From Octopus sinensis (Eukaryota), in NCBI RefSeq assembly GCF_006345805.1, contig NC_042999.1:149606001-149670000 (forward strand): DNA of 64,000 nucleotides. Direction: 5' to 3'. Of the stretch, positions 40,246-51,100 are shown in pieces (position 1 is the stretch's first letter; each line of letters starts with the position of its first letter). A model generated the notes under the pieces. The model saw only the letters and a program-made list of their open reading frames with translations, was not told where the DNA came from and made no database searches. The position numbers and the translations under genes are program-made.

Positions 40246-40488
40246 CTAGATAGAGTCAATCAAGAGAAGACTTGAAGAGGATGAGAGAAAAGAAAAAGTA
40301 TTACAGAAAAATACATGGAAAATATAAAAATGAACTATAGCCTCCGAAAAGAGACTTTCGAAAATATAGTTAAAAAAAAAAAACAAGGTAAAAAGTCTGT
40401 ACAGCGTGATATAAGATTGTGTCACTGATTAAAGAATATTCGTACGCTGAGAAATATTGTTATATAATAAAAGATAAAAACACCTCAC

Positions 40489-40529
40489 CTGTTATGTGTT
40501 TGGAGGCCATCGTAACATAAAGAGAAATG
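40489..40529 (-). other. Putative 41-nt exon containing ATG (MASKHIT...)
   Basis: Very strong acceptor TCTTTTTTTTCTTTTCTTTCCTAAACAG and donor CAG|GTGAGG on the minus strand. Confidence 0.5.
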
Positions 40530-40589
40530 CTGTTTAGGAAAGAAAAGAAAAAAAAGATACTGCATCATCTCCGTATGTCAATGAAAACT

Positions 40590-40815
40590 GCCGTCAGTCA
40601 GTCAGTCAGACACCCACGTTGGACTTTCGCTAAGTGTTTGCTACAACATCATGTAGATTGTAAAGTACTACGCCAGCAGCTATGTGTCGACCAATGCCAA
40701 CCAGGTTGTGTAGTTTAACTGGTTTTATTTGGTAAGCTCCGTCACAGTTTTGACTGTCGTGGGCTACCCCCCGCGTCTTACTCAGCTCTGACATCATAGC
40801 GTTATATTTATAACA
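40590..40815. promoter_or_regulatory. Candidate bidirectional promoter / first-exon island
   Basis: TATAAATA on minus at 40805-40812; TCAGTC initiator-like repeats on plus at about 40594-40609; donor TTG|GTAAGC (plus, after 40731) and AAC|GTGGGT (minus, intron from 40617). Confidence 0.35.
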
Positions 40816-40904
40816 GCGGTGGAATTCCCTCGCTGTGTCCAAACGGTATGGCGTTTCTTTATCACATTTCGTCCTCAAAAATAATTGTGTATAAACATAC
40901 ACAC

Positions 40905-41134
40905 ACAACTATATATATAGACACACACATAAATATATATATATATATAGGCACACACACAAATATATATATATATATAGGCATACACACAAATATATAT
41001 ATATATAGGCACACACATAAATATATAGGCACACACATAAATATATATATATAGGCACACACATAAATATATATATAGGCACACACATAAATATATAGGC
41101 ACACACACATAAATATATATATATAGGCACACAC

Positions 41135-41185
<51 letters not shown>

Positions 41186-41210
41186 ATATATATATATATA
41201 TATACACACA
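40905..41210. repeat. Minisatellite of (AT)nAGGCACACACATAA units grading into (TA)n
   Basis: Directly visible. Confidence 0.92.
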
Positions 41211-41375
41211 CACTACCCTCACGTAGTTGAAAAAGTTGTAAATATATGAACCATGGCCTATCTATTATCAGTTACTGAATCAGTTATTAATTCATGAGTA
41301 CCACCGTCTATTTTTTTTTTTTTCTTTTTCGTGGTTAATAGAGTAAAATGTTCAAGTTTAGCATTACTATTATAA

Positions 41376-41604
41376 AGGCGGCGAGCTGGTAGAATCGTTA
41401 GCACGCCGAACAAAATGCTTAGCGGCATTTTGTCCGTCTTCACGTTCTGAGTTCAAAATGCTGCCGAGGGCGACTTTGCTTTTCATCCTTTCGGGAATCG
41501 ATGAATTGAGTACCAGTTTCGCACTGGGGTCGATGTAACCGACTTCCCCCTCCCCCCACCGACATTTCACGCCCTGTGCCTATAGTACAAAGGATTGTTA
41601 TTAT
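41376..41604 (+). mobile_element. SINE family A monomer
   Basis: Full head, core and ATT tail. Confidence 0.9.
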
Positions 41605-41618
41605 CGTTCGCTTCGCAG

Positions 41619-41697
41619 CTGACTGACAAACACTTAAACCTTCAACAGCCCAGTTCACGTAACAACAAACAGTTACCGCTGGGAATACAATTCAGCT
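41619..41697 (+). other. Putative 79-nt exon
   Basis: Acceptor TCGTTCGCTTCGCAG, donor GCT|GTAAGT; first frame is open (LTDKHLNLQQPSSRNNKQLPLGIQFS). Confidence 0.4.
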
Positions 41698-42178
41698 GTA
41701 AGTAGAAAGAAATTGCAATAGTGACAAGGTAAAAAAAAAAAAAAAGGAAACAGAGAAAAGGAAAGACAAAAAAAAGGAGAGAGAAAAGAAAAGGAAAAAA
41801 AAAAACTCTTCGATACCTTGAAGAGCTAAGTTCAAATCGTTCCACGGATAGCCGATAGACAGGTTAATTTATTCCCCCACCTTGTTACTAAATACATAGA
41901 ATAACTGGAAGTGTGATATTCCACAGGTGGTTCTCGTGTTTTATAAGGTTATTAAATATATTCTTTAAAATTTTTCGAAGACGAACATAGGTGCGGGTCA
42001 AGGAAGTTGAGTTGACAGAGTCGTTAAAGTGTTGAATAGGTTGCTTTGTGATATTTCTTCCGGTTCTTTACATTCTGAGTTCAAATTCCACCGATATCAG
42101 TATTGCCTTTCATCCTTTCGGGTTCAATAAATAAAATTTCACACCCTAACTAAAAGGTGATTCTTTTCTTTCTTTCAG

Positions 42179-42247
42179 AAATCGGCTGGGATCAGTCCTG
42201 AAAAGAAATAGACACTACCAGGTCTAAAAATGCCTAAAAGAAACTGT
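42179..42247 (+). other. Putative 69-nt exon with possible start codon (MPKRNC, ATG at 42230)
   Basis: Branch-like CCCTAAC at 42144-42150, acceptor TTCTTTTCTTTCTTTCAG, donor TGT|GTAAGT; AAAATG context with an upstream in-frame stop. Confidence 0.5.
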
Positions 42248-42561
42248 GTAAGTCACGAGGATGCCTCTTCGACTCCAAAGAGAAAAGGGATCACGGGAAT
42301 AAAGGGATCACGTGCGTGTATGAGTGTGTGTGTGTGTGTATTTGATCCAACAACCAGTTTCACTTCATCATCCGGCTTTCTTGTGTAACTTAAGTGGAGT
42401 CTAGAGCCGGCCTCCAGTCTGAGAATAACTTGACGCTTTCGCTCCCTGCTGCTGTAACCAGTGAGTAGTGGAGGTCTTCTCAACCTCTCCTCCTCCACTC
42501 TCGGAAACCCCCCGCAAAAAAAGATCACGTGTGTTGTCTTTCCACAAACTAAACCTTATAC

Positions 42562-42592
<31 letters not shown>

Positions 42593-43269
42593 CGTACATG
42601 CGCGCACGTGTGTGAGCATGCGTGTGTGCGAACGCCAGCTGATTAGTTAAGAATGAAATTTCTGTCGCCTTCACGTTGAAAATGTGCGGAACGTGGAGAA
42701 GACAGTGCGATAATGGTCGTATGTAGAAAATTACAATTTCTCCATGGGATAGGAAAGAGAGACAGATAGACAGAAAGCGAGAGAGTAATGTGGAGGAGAG
42801 AGTAGTAGTAGTAACGAACGAGAGGCTTCTCTCGTATTACGTCATGTTCATTCATAAAGACCGGTTACCTTATGATTTAGTGTGTATTATTCCTCAATGT
42901 AGTTTCTCTGTTAAAACTACTACTACCATCACCATCTTCTTCACCACTATAACACAGTCGTGCCGGCCGCAAACAATACTTATCGAGAGATAAATTTCGG
43001 AATGATTCGGCACATTCATAACATTTCTTACATACCATCCGGGTGGCTAAAGCACCCACCTTGTGAACTTTCTAGTTTGTACGTATTTGTCGTTCCTTCT
43101 TTCTTTTGTTCTGGTATGTGATCGCCTGGCTCGATGCCAGCCAATCTTTCAGCAAATGAAAATCAGGAGTACCGTTTCGATATCCGGTTAGAAGCATTGC
43201 GCGGCTTCATTTGGCTGCCATCCCCACCTCCATCACCACATCACTCATACCACAAGGACATTCATGAAC

Positions 43270-43307
<38 letters not shown>

Positions 43308-43308
43308 T

Positions 43309-43550
43309 GGTACTACTTAAGAAGGGTGGTCCTGGGTGCGCGCACTCGCGTACTCGCGCATCCGCGCTAGCTAGTTGTGACTAGTCGATCCTACAACGAC
43401 TACCTAAATAAAACAAAATAAATAATTCTTTTACACAAAGAAAATAATTTTTTTTAAAAACAAAAACACAAAGTAAGGATCGACTAGTCACGACTAGCTA
43501 GCGCGGATGCGCGAGTGCGCGCACCGGGACCATTCTTCTTAAGTAGTACC
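43309..43550. mobile_element. Foldback MITE with ~75-bp TIRs inserted in (ATT)n
   Basis: GGTACTACTTAAGAAG...GCGCATCCGCGCTAGCTAGTTGTGACTAGTCGATCCT mirrored by AGGATCGACTAGTCACGACTAGCTAGCGCGGATGCGC...CTTCTTAAGTAGTACC. Confidence 0.9.
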
Positions 43551-43578
43551 CTTATTATTATTATTATTATTATTATGA

Positions 43579-44720
43579 AGGCGGCAAGCTGGCCGAATCG
43601 TTAGCACGCCGGGCAAAATGCTTAGCGGCATTTCATGTCTGTACGTTCTGAATTCAAATTAGCTGAGGTCGACTTCGCCTTTCACCCTTTCGGGGTCGAT
43701 GAATTAAGTACTAGTCAAGTACTGGGGTCGATGTGATCGATCGACTTACCCCCTCCTTCAAAATTTCAGGTTTTGTACCTACAGTAGAAAGGATCATTAT
43801 AATTATAATCGGAGAAAATACCTTGCAATGTTTAATTCCGTCTCTTTTGCTTCTGCGTTGAAACCCCACCAGGGTTCCACTTCGACTTTCACCTCTTCGA
43901 GGGTTAATAAAATGAATACCCGTCAAAATTCTAGGGTCGACATAATGGGCAACACCCACCTCTAAAATTTGTATCAAGTCTACCTCTGCTGGAGGTAATT
44001 ATTTTCGAGGTTGGTGACTCGACAAAAAATTCGAACATTGGACAAAATGCTATGCAAAAATTTGTTCCGGCATTTTACGTTCTGAGTTGAAATCACACCG
44101 AGGCCAATATTACTTTTCATCCTTTCGGGGGTCGATAAAAATAACCCACTAGGCAAGTACTGGGATCTGTGGCATGGACTAACCCTACCCCTAAATTATG
44201 TTACCCTGTGCCTAAATTAGAAACATAAACATTTATATACAGGGCCGTGGATTAGCAGAATTTTTAGCGCATCGACCAAAATGTCATGCAGTATTTATTC
44301 CGGCTCTTTTCATTCTGGGTTCAAATCGCACTAAGGTCAAGAGGTCAGCTTTGCCTTTTATCCTTTCGGAATTGATAAAATAAAGTACCAGTTAAGTATG
44401 GGGTCAATATACTCAACTGGTTCCCTCTATTAAAATTACTGGCCTTGTAACTAAGCCAGAAACTATCATTATCAGCAAGCTGGCAGAATCGTTAGAGCGT
44501 CGAAATTGTCATTAAGGTATATCTTCCGATTCTTTATATTTTTGGTTCAAATTCTGCCGAAGCCAACTTTACTTTTCATCCTTTCGGAATCAATAAAAGA
44601 CAAAAGAAAAAAAAAAAGAAAGAAAGAGAAAAAAGGTCAAGAACTGAGGTCGAAGGAATCGACTAGCCTCCGCCCCTCCCCCACCTCAAAACTGCCGGTC
44701 GTGTGACTACGTCAGGAACC
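43579..44720 (+). mobile_element. Array of about five diverged SINE family A monomers
   Basis: Repeated head/core/tail units near 43579, 43815, 44010, 44245 and 44476. Confidence 0.85.
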
Positions 44721-45567
44721 ATTATTATTATTATTAATAGCGAACCGGTTTCAAGGCCCAATAGGAACCACTTCATTTTTACTCGTGTTACTAAGGCATT
44801 TGGAAAATTCATGAACGATGCAACATACTTAGGAACTATGTAAACCTATGACCGATAGAATATGCCAGGTATTGTTCTTGTGATTACATCAGTTACGAAA
44901 GGCTATTGGAATGGTAAAAAAAAAAAAAAAAAAGACGACGACTTACTCGTGTATCGAGTCCTTATTCTATCAGGGATCGACCCCATCATTTCTTCCCCCA
45001 CCAGCACGCCCGGATGATAGAATAAACACTATTCGTAGCTATACTCATAAAATCACTGCCACGTAATTGTGGTGTCGTGCTTACGTTAAGAAATCATTCA
45101 CAAATTACGTTCGGTTTTAAGTCTTGTTGAAATGAGGAGCCCTCAACAGGGGTCTATAAAATATATTTTTAAAATATCACTTGAATCATATGTTTGATTT
45201 AATCGACTGTCTCCGACCTTTTCCCCTATAATTTAAGGCGTTGTGTCAACGTTAGGAAACATGAATATCAAATACGAACATGAAAACAAAACAAGCAAGA
45301 TAGTAAGAAGAGAGAAATAGTAAAACAGACGAAAACGAGCATAGACATACAAGTACAAGAATAAGCTTCAGAATATATTGAGAAATACTTCGAAAGAATA
45401 ATACTTACGGTTTGATTTTTAGTTTTGATTTCCTGTTAATATTATTAATATTTTTTTAAGTAACCCGAAAGGTTACTTCCAACAAATCCAGCTTTCTTTG
45501 AAATGAATATAAAACAAAGATGCGTAAGGAAAAAAAAATAATGTGTATATGTGTATGTTTGTATGTG

Positions 45568-45621
<54 letters not shown>

Positions 45622-45669
45622 GTTTGAAGAAAACTTGTAAGGCTAAATTTTCTAATTCCTTGCTTCCAG

Positions 45670-45722
45670 TCAGAACTGTCCAAAGTTTCCAAAGCTTTTA
45701 CCGTCTGCTGGCAAACTCTCAG
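45670..45722 (+). other. Putative 53-nt exon
   Basis: Acceptor TTTTCTAATTCCTTGCTTCCAG, donor CAG|GTATAT. Confidence 0.3.
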
Positions 45723-46266
45723 GTATATATATGTATTATATATGTGTCATAGGGACCGCTTACATACATACATTTATACATACATACACCGCCTCACATC
45801 GTAACTATTTCCCCCTCTCTTTCTTTCTCTCTCTCTCTCTCTGTCTTCTCCCTTTCTTCTTCCCTTGTGGTTACATTCTTTCTATTGTTAGTAATTGTTT
45901 AAAAGACAAGCCTACATGATGTGTTTCTTCAATAAATCGCTGCGCCACCTGTGACGGAACGTCCGTGACTCAACAGGATTTTGTCGACCCGTTTATTTAT
46001 TTGTTTGTTGATTGCCGACTGCTTAATTATTATTATTATTATTACAACTCATATCTTTGCAACAGTAGCGACACCAGTGAATGGAGAAAAGACCTAGCAT
46101 GCCATAAAATATTTTTTTTGTATGTGTTTTATATTATTATATATTTACGTGAACAAATTCACACACACACACACACACTATTATTAACACACACGCATGT
46201 ATATGTATATATACATATCTTTGTATATATGAATACATGCATGATATACACAAATATACTTTATAT

Positions 46267-46325
<59 letters not shown>

Positions 46326-46538
46326 CACGCATATTATATAATATACAAGGCCATAGTGGGGCAATGCCTTGAAGTATTTAGTCAAACAAAGTGACCCCAG
46401 TACATATTTTCCAAAACCAGAACTTTTCCTATCGTTTTTTTGGCCGAACCGCTAAGTTACGGGGGTGTAGAGAAACCAACATTGACTGTCAAAGAGCGCA
46501 CACATGCACACACACACACACACCACACACACACATTC

Positions 46539-46574
<36 letters not shown>

Positions 46575-46681
46575 GGGGTACTTGGACTAGATTTGACAGT
46601 TTGCATAAAAGGAAAAGAAAGCAATGCCTCATACAAAAGTGAAGTGTCTTTTTTAAAAATAACAAGATATCAACTAGATAT

Positions 46682-47381
46682 CAAGTAGGTTCCCAAACTT
46701 TTTCGGGCTGCCGCCCCCTTGACACCCGGGCCTCATCCCTAACACCCCCACCTCACCATCACAAACACATACCTCTTTCTGAAGCAAATTCAAAGCAACT
46801 GTATTTCACAAATAAAACTTAATCTAATGAACCCAGTATGTTGTTGTTTTTACATGCATAGCAAGGCGGCGAGCTGGCAGCGACTTTGCCTTTCATCCTT
46901 TCGAGGTCGATAAATTAAGTACCAGTTACGCACTGGGGTCGATGTAATCGACTTAATCCTTTTGTCTGTCCTTGTTTGTCCCCACTATGTTTAGCCCTTT
47001 GTGGGCAATAAAGAAATAAGAAACGTTAGCACGCCGGCGAAACGCTTAGCGGTATTTCATCCGTCTTTACGTTCTGAGTTCAAATTCTGCTGAGGTCAAC
47101 TTTGCCTTTCATCCTTTCAGGGTCGATAAATTAAGTACCAGTTGCGTACTGGGGTTGATCTAATCGACTGGCCCCTCCCCAAAAATTTCGAGCCTTGTGC
47201 CTAGTTTTTACATGAATCGCTACCCCATTATCGCCCCACTTTTTACATGAATCGCTACCCCAGTACCACCCCACTTTTTACATGAATCGCTACCCTATTA
47301 TCGCCCCACTTTTCTTCAACGCCCCCTTGGAACTTTTCGCCGCCTTCAGAGGGGCAATACCACCCACTTTGGGAACCACTG
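46682..47381. mobile_element. hAT (Charlie-type) MITE holding a SINE-A insertion and a 35-bp x3 repeat
   Basis: Ends CAAGTAGGTTCCCAAA...TTTGGGAACCACTG followed by ATCTAGAT; repeat TTTTTACATGAATCGCTACCCCATTATCGCCCCAC with period 35 at about 47205-47315. Confidence 0.8.
46864..47204 (+). mobile_element. Rearranged SINE family A dimer
   Basis: Short head joined directly to the core, then tail, then a unit restarting at GAAACGTTAGCACGCC; flanks TTTTTACATGCATAGC / TTTTTACATGAATCGC. Confidence 0.85.
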
Positions 47382-47404
47382 ATCTAGATTATGGCAGACA
47401 AATA

Positions 47405-48157
47405 ACAAAGTTTATTCAAAGTATCCACCCTCACTTTCCACCTCAAGGTGGCTCGGGAACTTGGCACATGCATTCCTCACTGTGTCCTTGGGAGGACCCT
47501 CCAATACCCTCTTGATCATGGCCACCCGCTCGGCCTTGGTGTTACAGGCAGAGTGGTTGGCATCTTTCTCAACTGCGCCCCACATATAGTAATCCATGGG
47601 ATTACATTCGGGGGGATTAGGAAGCCAGAAAATGGGGCTGATAAAAATTCTTCGACAATCACTTCGTACTCTTTCCAGAGGTACGGCAAGGAATCAAATC
47701 CTGCTGTCTCACATATGGCTTTCTAGCAATAACTTTCTCTAACCAAGGTTTGACAACATCTCCAACAGTTACACATAGCCATCTGAATTGAGTCTAAGGC
47801 CCCGTTCAAAGATATGGGTGGCATGACGTCACCCTCACTGGAGGTACACCCAAAGACCAACACATTTAGGGCAACTTGGGTTTCACAAAACGTAGAACAC
47901 GTCTTACAAGCTTTTGCAGTGTTTACAGAGCAGCAGTTATGATGTTGGCATACTGACACTCGGCGCGAATTCATGATACAGGTAATTTTTTTCTAATATT
48001 TCGATGGCTTCCTAGTCCTCCAACTAACTTTTTCTCAACACCTTTAATCTTTATGCTCTCCAGCGCCCTTGACTGTTTATCAATTTTATCAACACATAAA
48101 ATTGTTTCTGTAAAAAGAAGACATAAGAAAATCGTCCCAGTTAGCCCGAACACCCTA
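47405..48157 (-). pseudogene. Decayed Tc1/mariner-superfamily transposase (maT/DD37D-like) with one terminal region
   Basis: Frameshifted motifs VLVFGCTSSEGDVMPP, GLRLNSDGYV, KPYVRQQD, CNPMDYYMWGAVE...VRNAC...GGYFE; end TATAGGGTGTTCGGG adjoining (TA)n. Confidence 0.88.
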
Positions 48158-48406
48158 TATATATATATATACATTTTATAATTAAGGGCTAAAGAAGGTT
48201 AATTCTAAAGCCAATACACTGATTTATTCATCCTATATTGTTAGTATATATATATATATATAATGGGCTTCTTTCAGTTTCCGTCAACCGCATCTACTCA
48301 TAAGTTTTGGCGGCTATGTGGTTGAGAAGCATGTGGTTGAGAAGCAAGCTTCTTAGCTATACAGCCACATCAGCGCCTGTATATATATATATATGAATAG
48401 ACAAAG

Positions 48407-48486
<80 letters not shown>

Positions 48487-48641
48487 ATTCATGCATACAC
48501 ACGCACAAATGTATATATATATATATGATAACATCCACATGTATGTGTGTGTGTGCGTGTGTTTGTGTGTGTGCGCGCGTGTGTACACATATGATTTATA
48601 AAATACAATATTGTATTCTCAAATCTGCTAATTTACGAATT

Positions 48642-48772
48642 TGTTTCATTCCAAGGGTTGAGAAAAACCCCAGCAATCATCAAAAAAGTGTGAAATGAAT
48701 GGCAAGACCTGATCTCCTTTCACTCTTCTCTGATGATTGTCAGGGTTTTTCTCAACTCCTGATGGGAAACGG
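48642..48772. repeat. Imperfect inverted repeat (hairpin of about 130 nt)
   Basis: GGGTTGAGAAAAACCCCAGCAATCATCA...GTGAAA pairs with TTTCAC...TGATGATTGTCAGGGTTTTTCTCAACTCC. Confidence 0.85.
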
Positions 48773-48883
48773 ATTGCTAAACTGGCTGATATGAGAATAT
48801 ATGGTATCGTATTAACAAAATACTCACTCTATTAGCCCAAATATGATTGCCTGTGTTTTTTCCTGACGCACAAATTTTTATGC

Positions 48884-48926
<43 letters not shown>

Positions 48927-48944
48927 CTTATGTGTATATACGTG

Positions 48945-48979
<35 letters not shown>

Positions 48980-49195
48980 AATGCATACAGTATGTGAAAG
49001 TGGATATGTAAAAACCCAGATATTAACCTCTGTCAGCACTCAAGCAAATCCTGGTTAACAGGATGTAAGGGCGGGAAAACGATTCACTAAATCAAAATTG
49101 CCCACAAACTAAAAATCAACCAAAGAATATTACATAAAATGTATATAAGCGAATGAAGACCTTGGTATTTTTGTAAAATACTCAAACACAAATAT

Positions 49196-49229
<34 letters not shown>

Positions 49230-49367
49230 AGTCTGTGTCTGTCTGTCTGTCTGTCTGTATGTATGTATGTATGTATGTATGTATGTATGTATGTATGTAT
49301 GTATGTATGTATGTATGTATGTACGTATGTATGTATTAAATAAAATGAAACAACAAAACTAAGGCAG

Positions 49368-49737
49368 TGTGAACTTTCTAGGACATTTATAAAGAGAGAA
49401 GTAGTCTTACAGCTGTTTCAGGGTTATAAAGGATATCACATCACCAGAGGCAATATGAGAGAGTTAAATAGAAGGAAATAGTAGAGTTGAATATAAGAAG
49501 TTATTTTGGAAAGGGAGATATATAGAAAGTATAAAGGGAAAACATCCAGCATGTATTTATTTTTATTCTCATATTTCCCTTCATAATTTAAGGCGTTGTG
49601 TCAACGTTGTGTCACCCTATCCAAAATAACTTCTATTTAACTTCTTCATATCATCTCTGATGATGGGATATCCTTCATATCCCTGAAACAGCTGTAAGAC
49701 TAGCTCTCTTTTAATAAATGTCGTAGAAATTTCACAT
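49368..49737. mobile_element. Inverted pair of Penelope-like terminal repeats
   Basis: Arms about 49368-49510 (minus) and 49620-49737 (plus) are diverged reverse complements, each with a hammerhead-like motif; AATAAA follows the motif in the plus arm. Confidence 0.7.
49654..49699 (+). ncRNA. Minimal type I hammerhead ribozyme motif
   Basis: UCU-CUGAUGA-U-GGGAUAU(CCUUC)AUAUCCC-U-GAAAC(AGCU)GUA-AGA: conserved core, 7-bp stem II, palindromic stem III, GUA cleavage triplet, 3-bp stem I; U-U opposition at the base of stem II is non-canonical. Confidence 0.75.
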
Positions 49738-49929
49738 ATACACGCTCACACACAACCCACGTTAAACTCCTCACTCATACTATTATCGAACCGGAAGTCT
49801 AAAAGCGGTCCTTCCGTAGCACTTACATAGACTTGCATGCATTTTGGTTATTTTTCTGATACCAAAACCTCTCATATTAAATATATATGATAAATATATA
49901 TTAGATATATATGATAGCTTAACTTCATT

Positions 49930-51100
49930 TTTTAACGTCCATGGAAAGCTACTACACTGAATTAAGTGTTTTCTGATAAGTGAAACCCAAAATGTTCTGA
50001 TAAGTGAAACCCAAAATGTTATGATCAATGGAATTCACTGAAGTTCACAAGGGGCTGTTTTGGGTCCCCTTTTCTTCATAGTTTAATCTAAATGGCACCA
50101 CAAAAGTCATCAAATAGCAAAATATAACTATTCGCAGATAACCCAAAGTTTCAGAAAGTTGCCAACGGAAAAGTACACCGAAAACTGTAGTCTGATCGGT
50201 GCTACTTTACAGTGCGGTCTACCACAGTTTCTATAGCCTGCATTGTATAATGATCTGATAAGGGGTTAGTATTAGGGGTAGATTGCACACTAAAGTGTAA
50301 ATGGCCATGTGGGCCGTACACTGAAGTGGCATTGTCTAATCTATATATGTTGTAGACCAACTGGCAGGGGAAAATACATGTTGCTAAACGAAAGGATATT
50401 TAATCTTTGGAAAAGAATATAAAGTTAAACCGTCATAATCGATTCTCGTGAGGTGATTGTTCATCATAGCTAACCGCATCAGAAATCTAGGAGTAATTGT
50501 GGCCAAAACAAACATAAACTTTAGCGTCCACTTCAACAATAAAGTTGATATGGCTCACAGGATGTGCTCCTGAATGGATCCTCAGGACTTTTCTGTCCAA
50601 AGAGCCTGGTGCCATCAAGCTTCTTATCTCCATTTTTAGTCAAACGTAGAATATTGTTGATTCCTGTGGAGACGCAATGGCCCAGTGGTTTGGGCAGCGG
50701 ACTCGCGGTCATAGGATCGCGGTTTCGATTCCCAGACCGGGCGTTGTGAGTGTTTATTGAGCGAAAATACCTAAGCTCCACGAGGCTCCGGCAGGGGATG
50801 GTGGTGATCCCTGCTGTACTCTTTCACCACAACTTTCTCTCACTCTTACTTCCTGTTTCTGTTGTACCTGTATTTCAAAGGGCCGGCCTTGTCACTCTCT
50901 GTGTCACGCTGAATATCCCCGAGAACTACGTTAAGGGTACACGTGTCTGTGGAGTGCTCAGCCATTTACACGTTAATTTCACGAGCAGGCTGTTCCGTTG
51001 ATTCGGATCAATCGGAACCCTCGTCGTCGTAACCGACGGAGTGCTTCCCATTGTTGATTACTTGTGGCCTCTCTATATCAAACAAAACATTATGGAAATA
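49930..51100 (+). pseudogene. Decayed CR1/Jockey-like LINE reverse transcriptase, interrupted by two insertions
   Basis: Broken motifs GKLLH*IKCFL...QNVMING, QGAVLGPLFFI, LFADNPK, RNLGVIV; interrupted at about 50203-50322 and 50666-51049. Confidence 0.8.
50666..51049 (+). mobile_element. tRNA-derived SINE, head 2 + tail 2, with TSD
   Basis: GTGGAGACGCAATGGCCCAGTGG...GGTTTCGATTCCC head; tail ending CTCGTCGTCGTAACCGACGGAGTGC; TSD ATTGTTGATT(C/A)CT at 50653-50665 and 51050-51062. Confidence 0.92.

Noticed and set aside
45409-45495. Minus-strand GTAAGT donor (similar lone donors near 14134, 44946, 60787, 62634)
   Set aside because: No convincing partner acceptor or frame; expected by chance at this base composition.
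50666-50745. tRNA gene-like sequence
   Set aside because: It is the head of a TSD-flanked SINE and I could not form a complete cloverleaf; no true tRNA or rRNA gene was seen.
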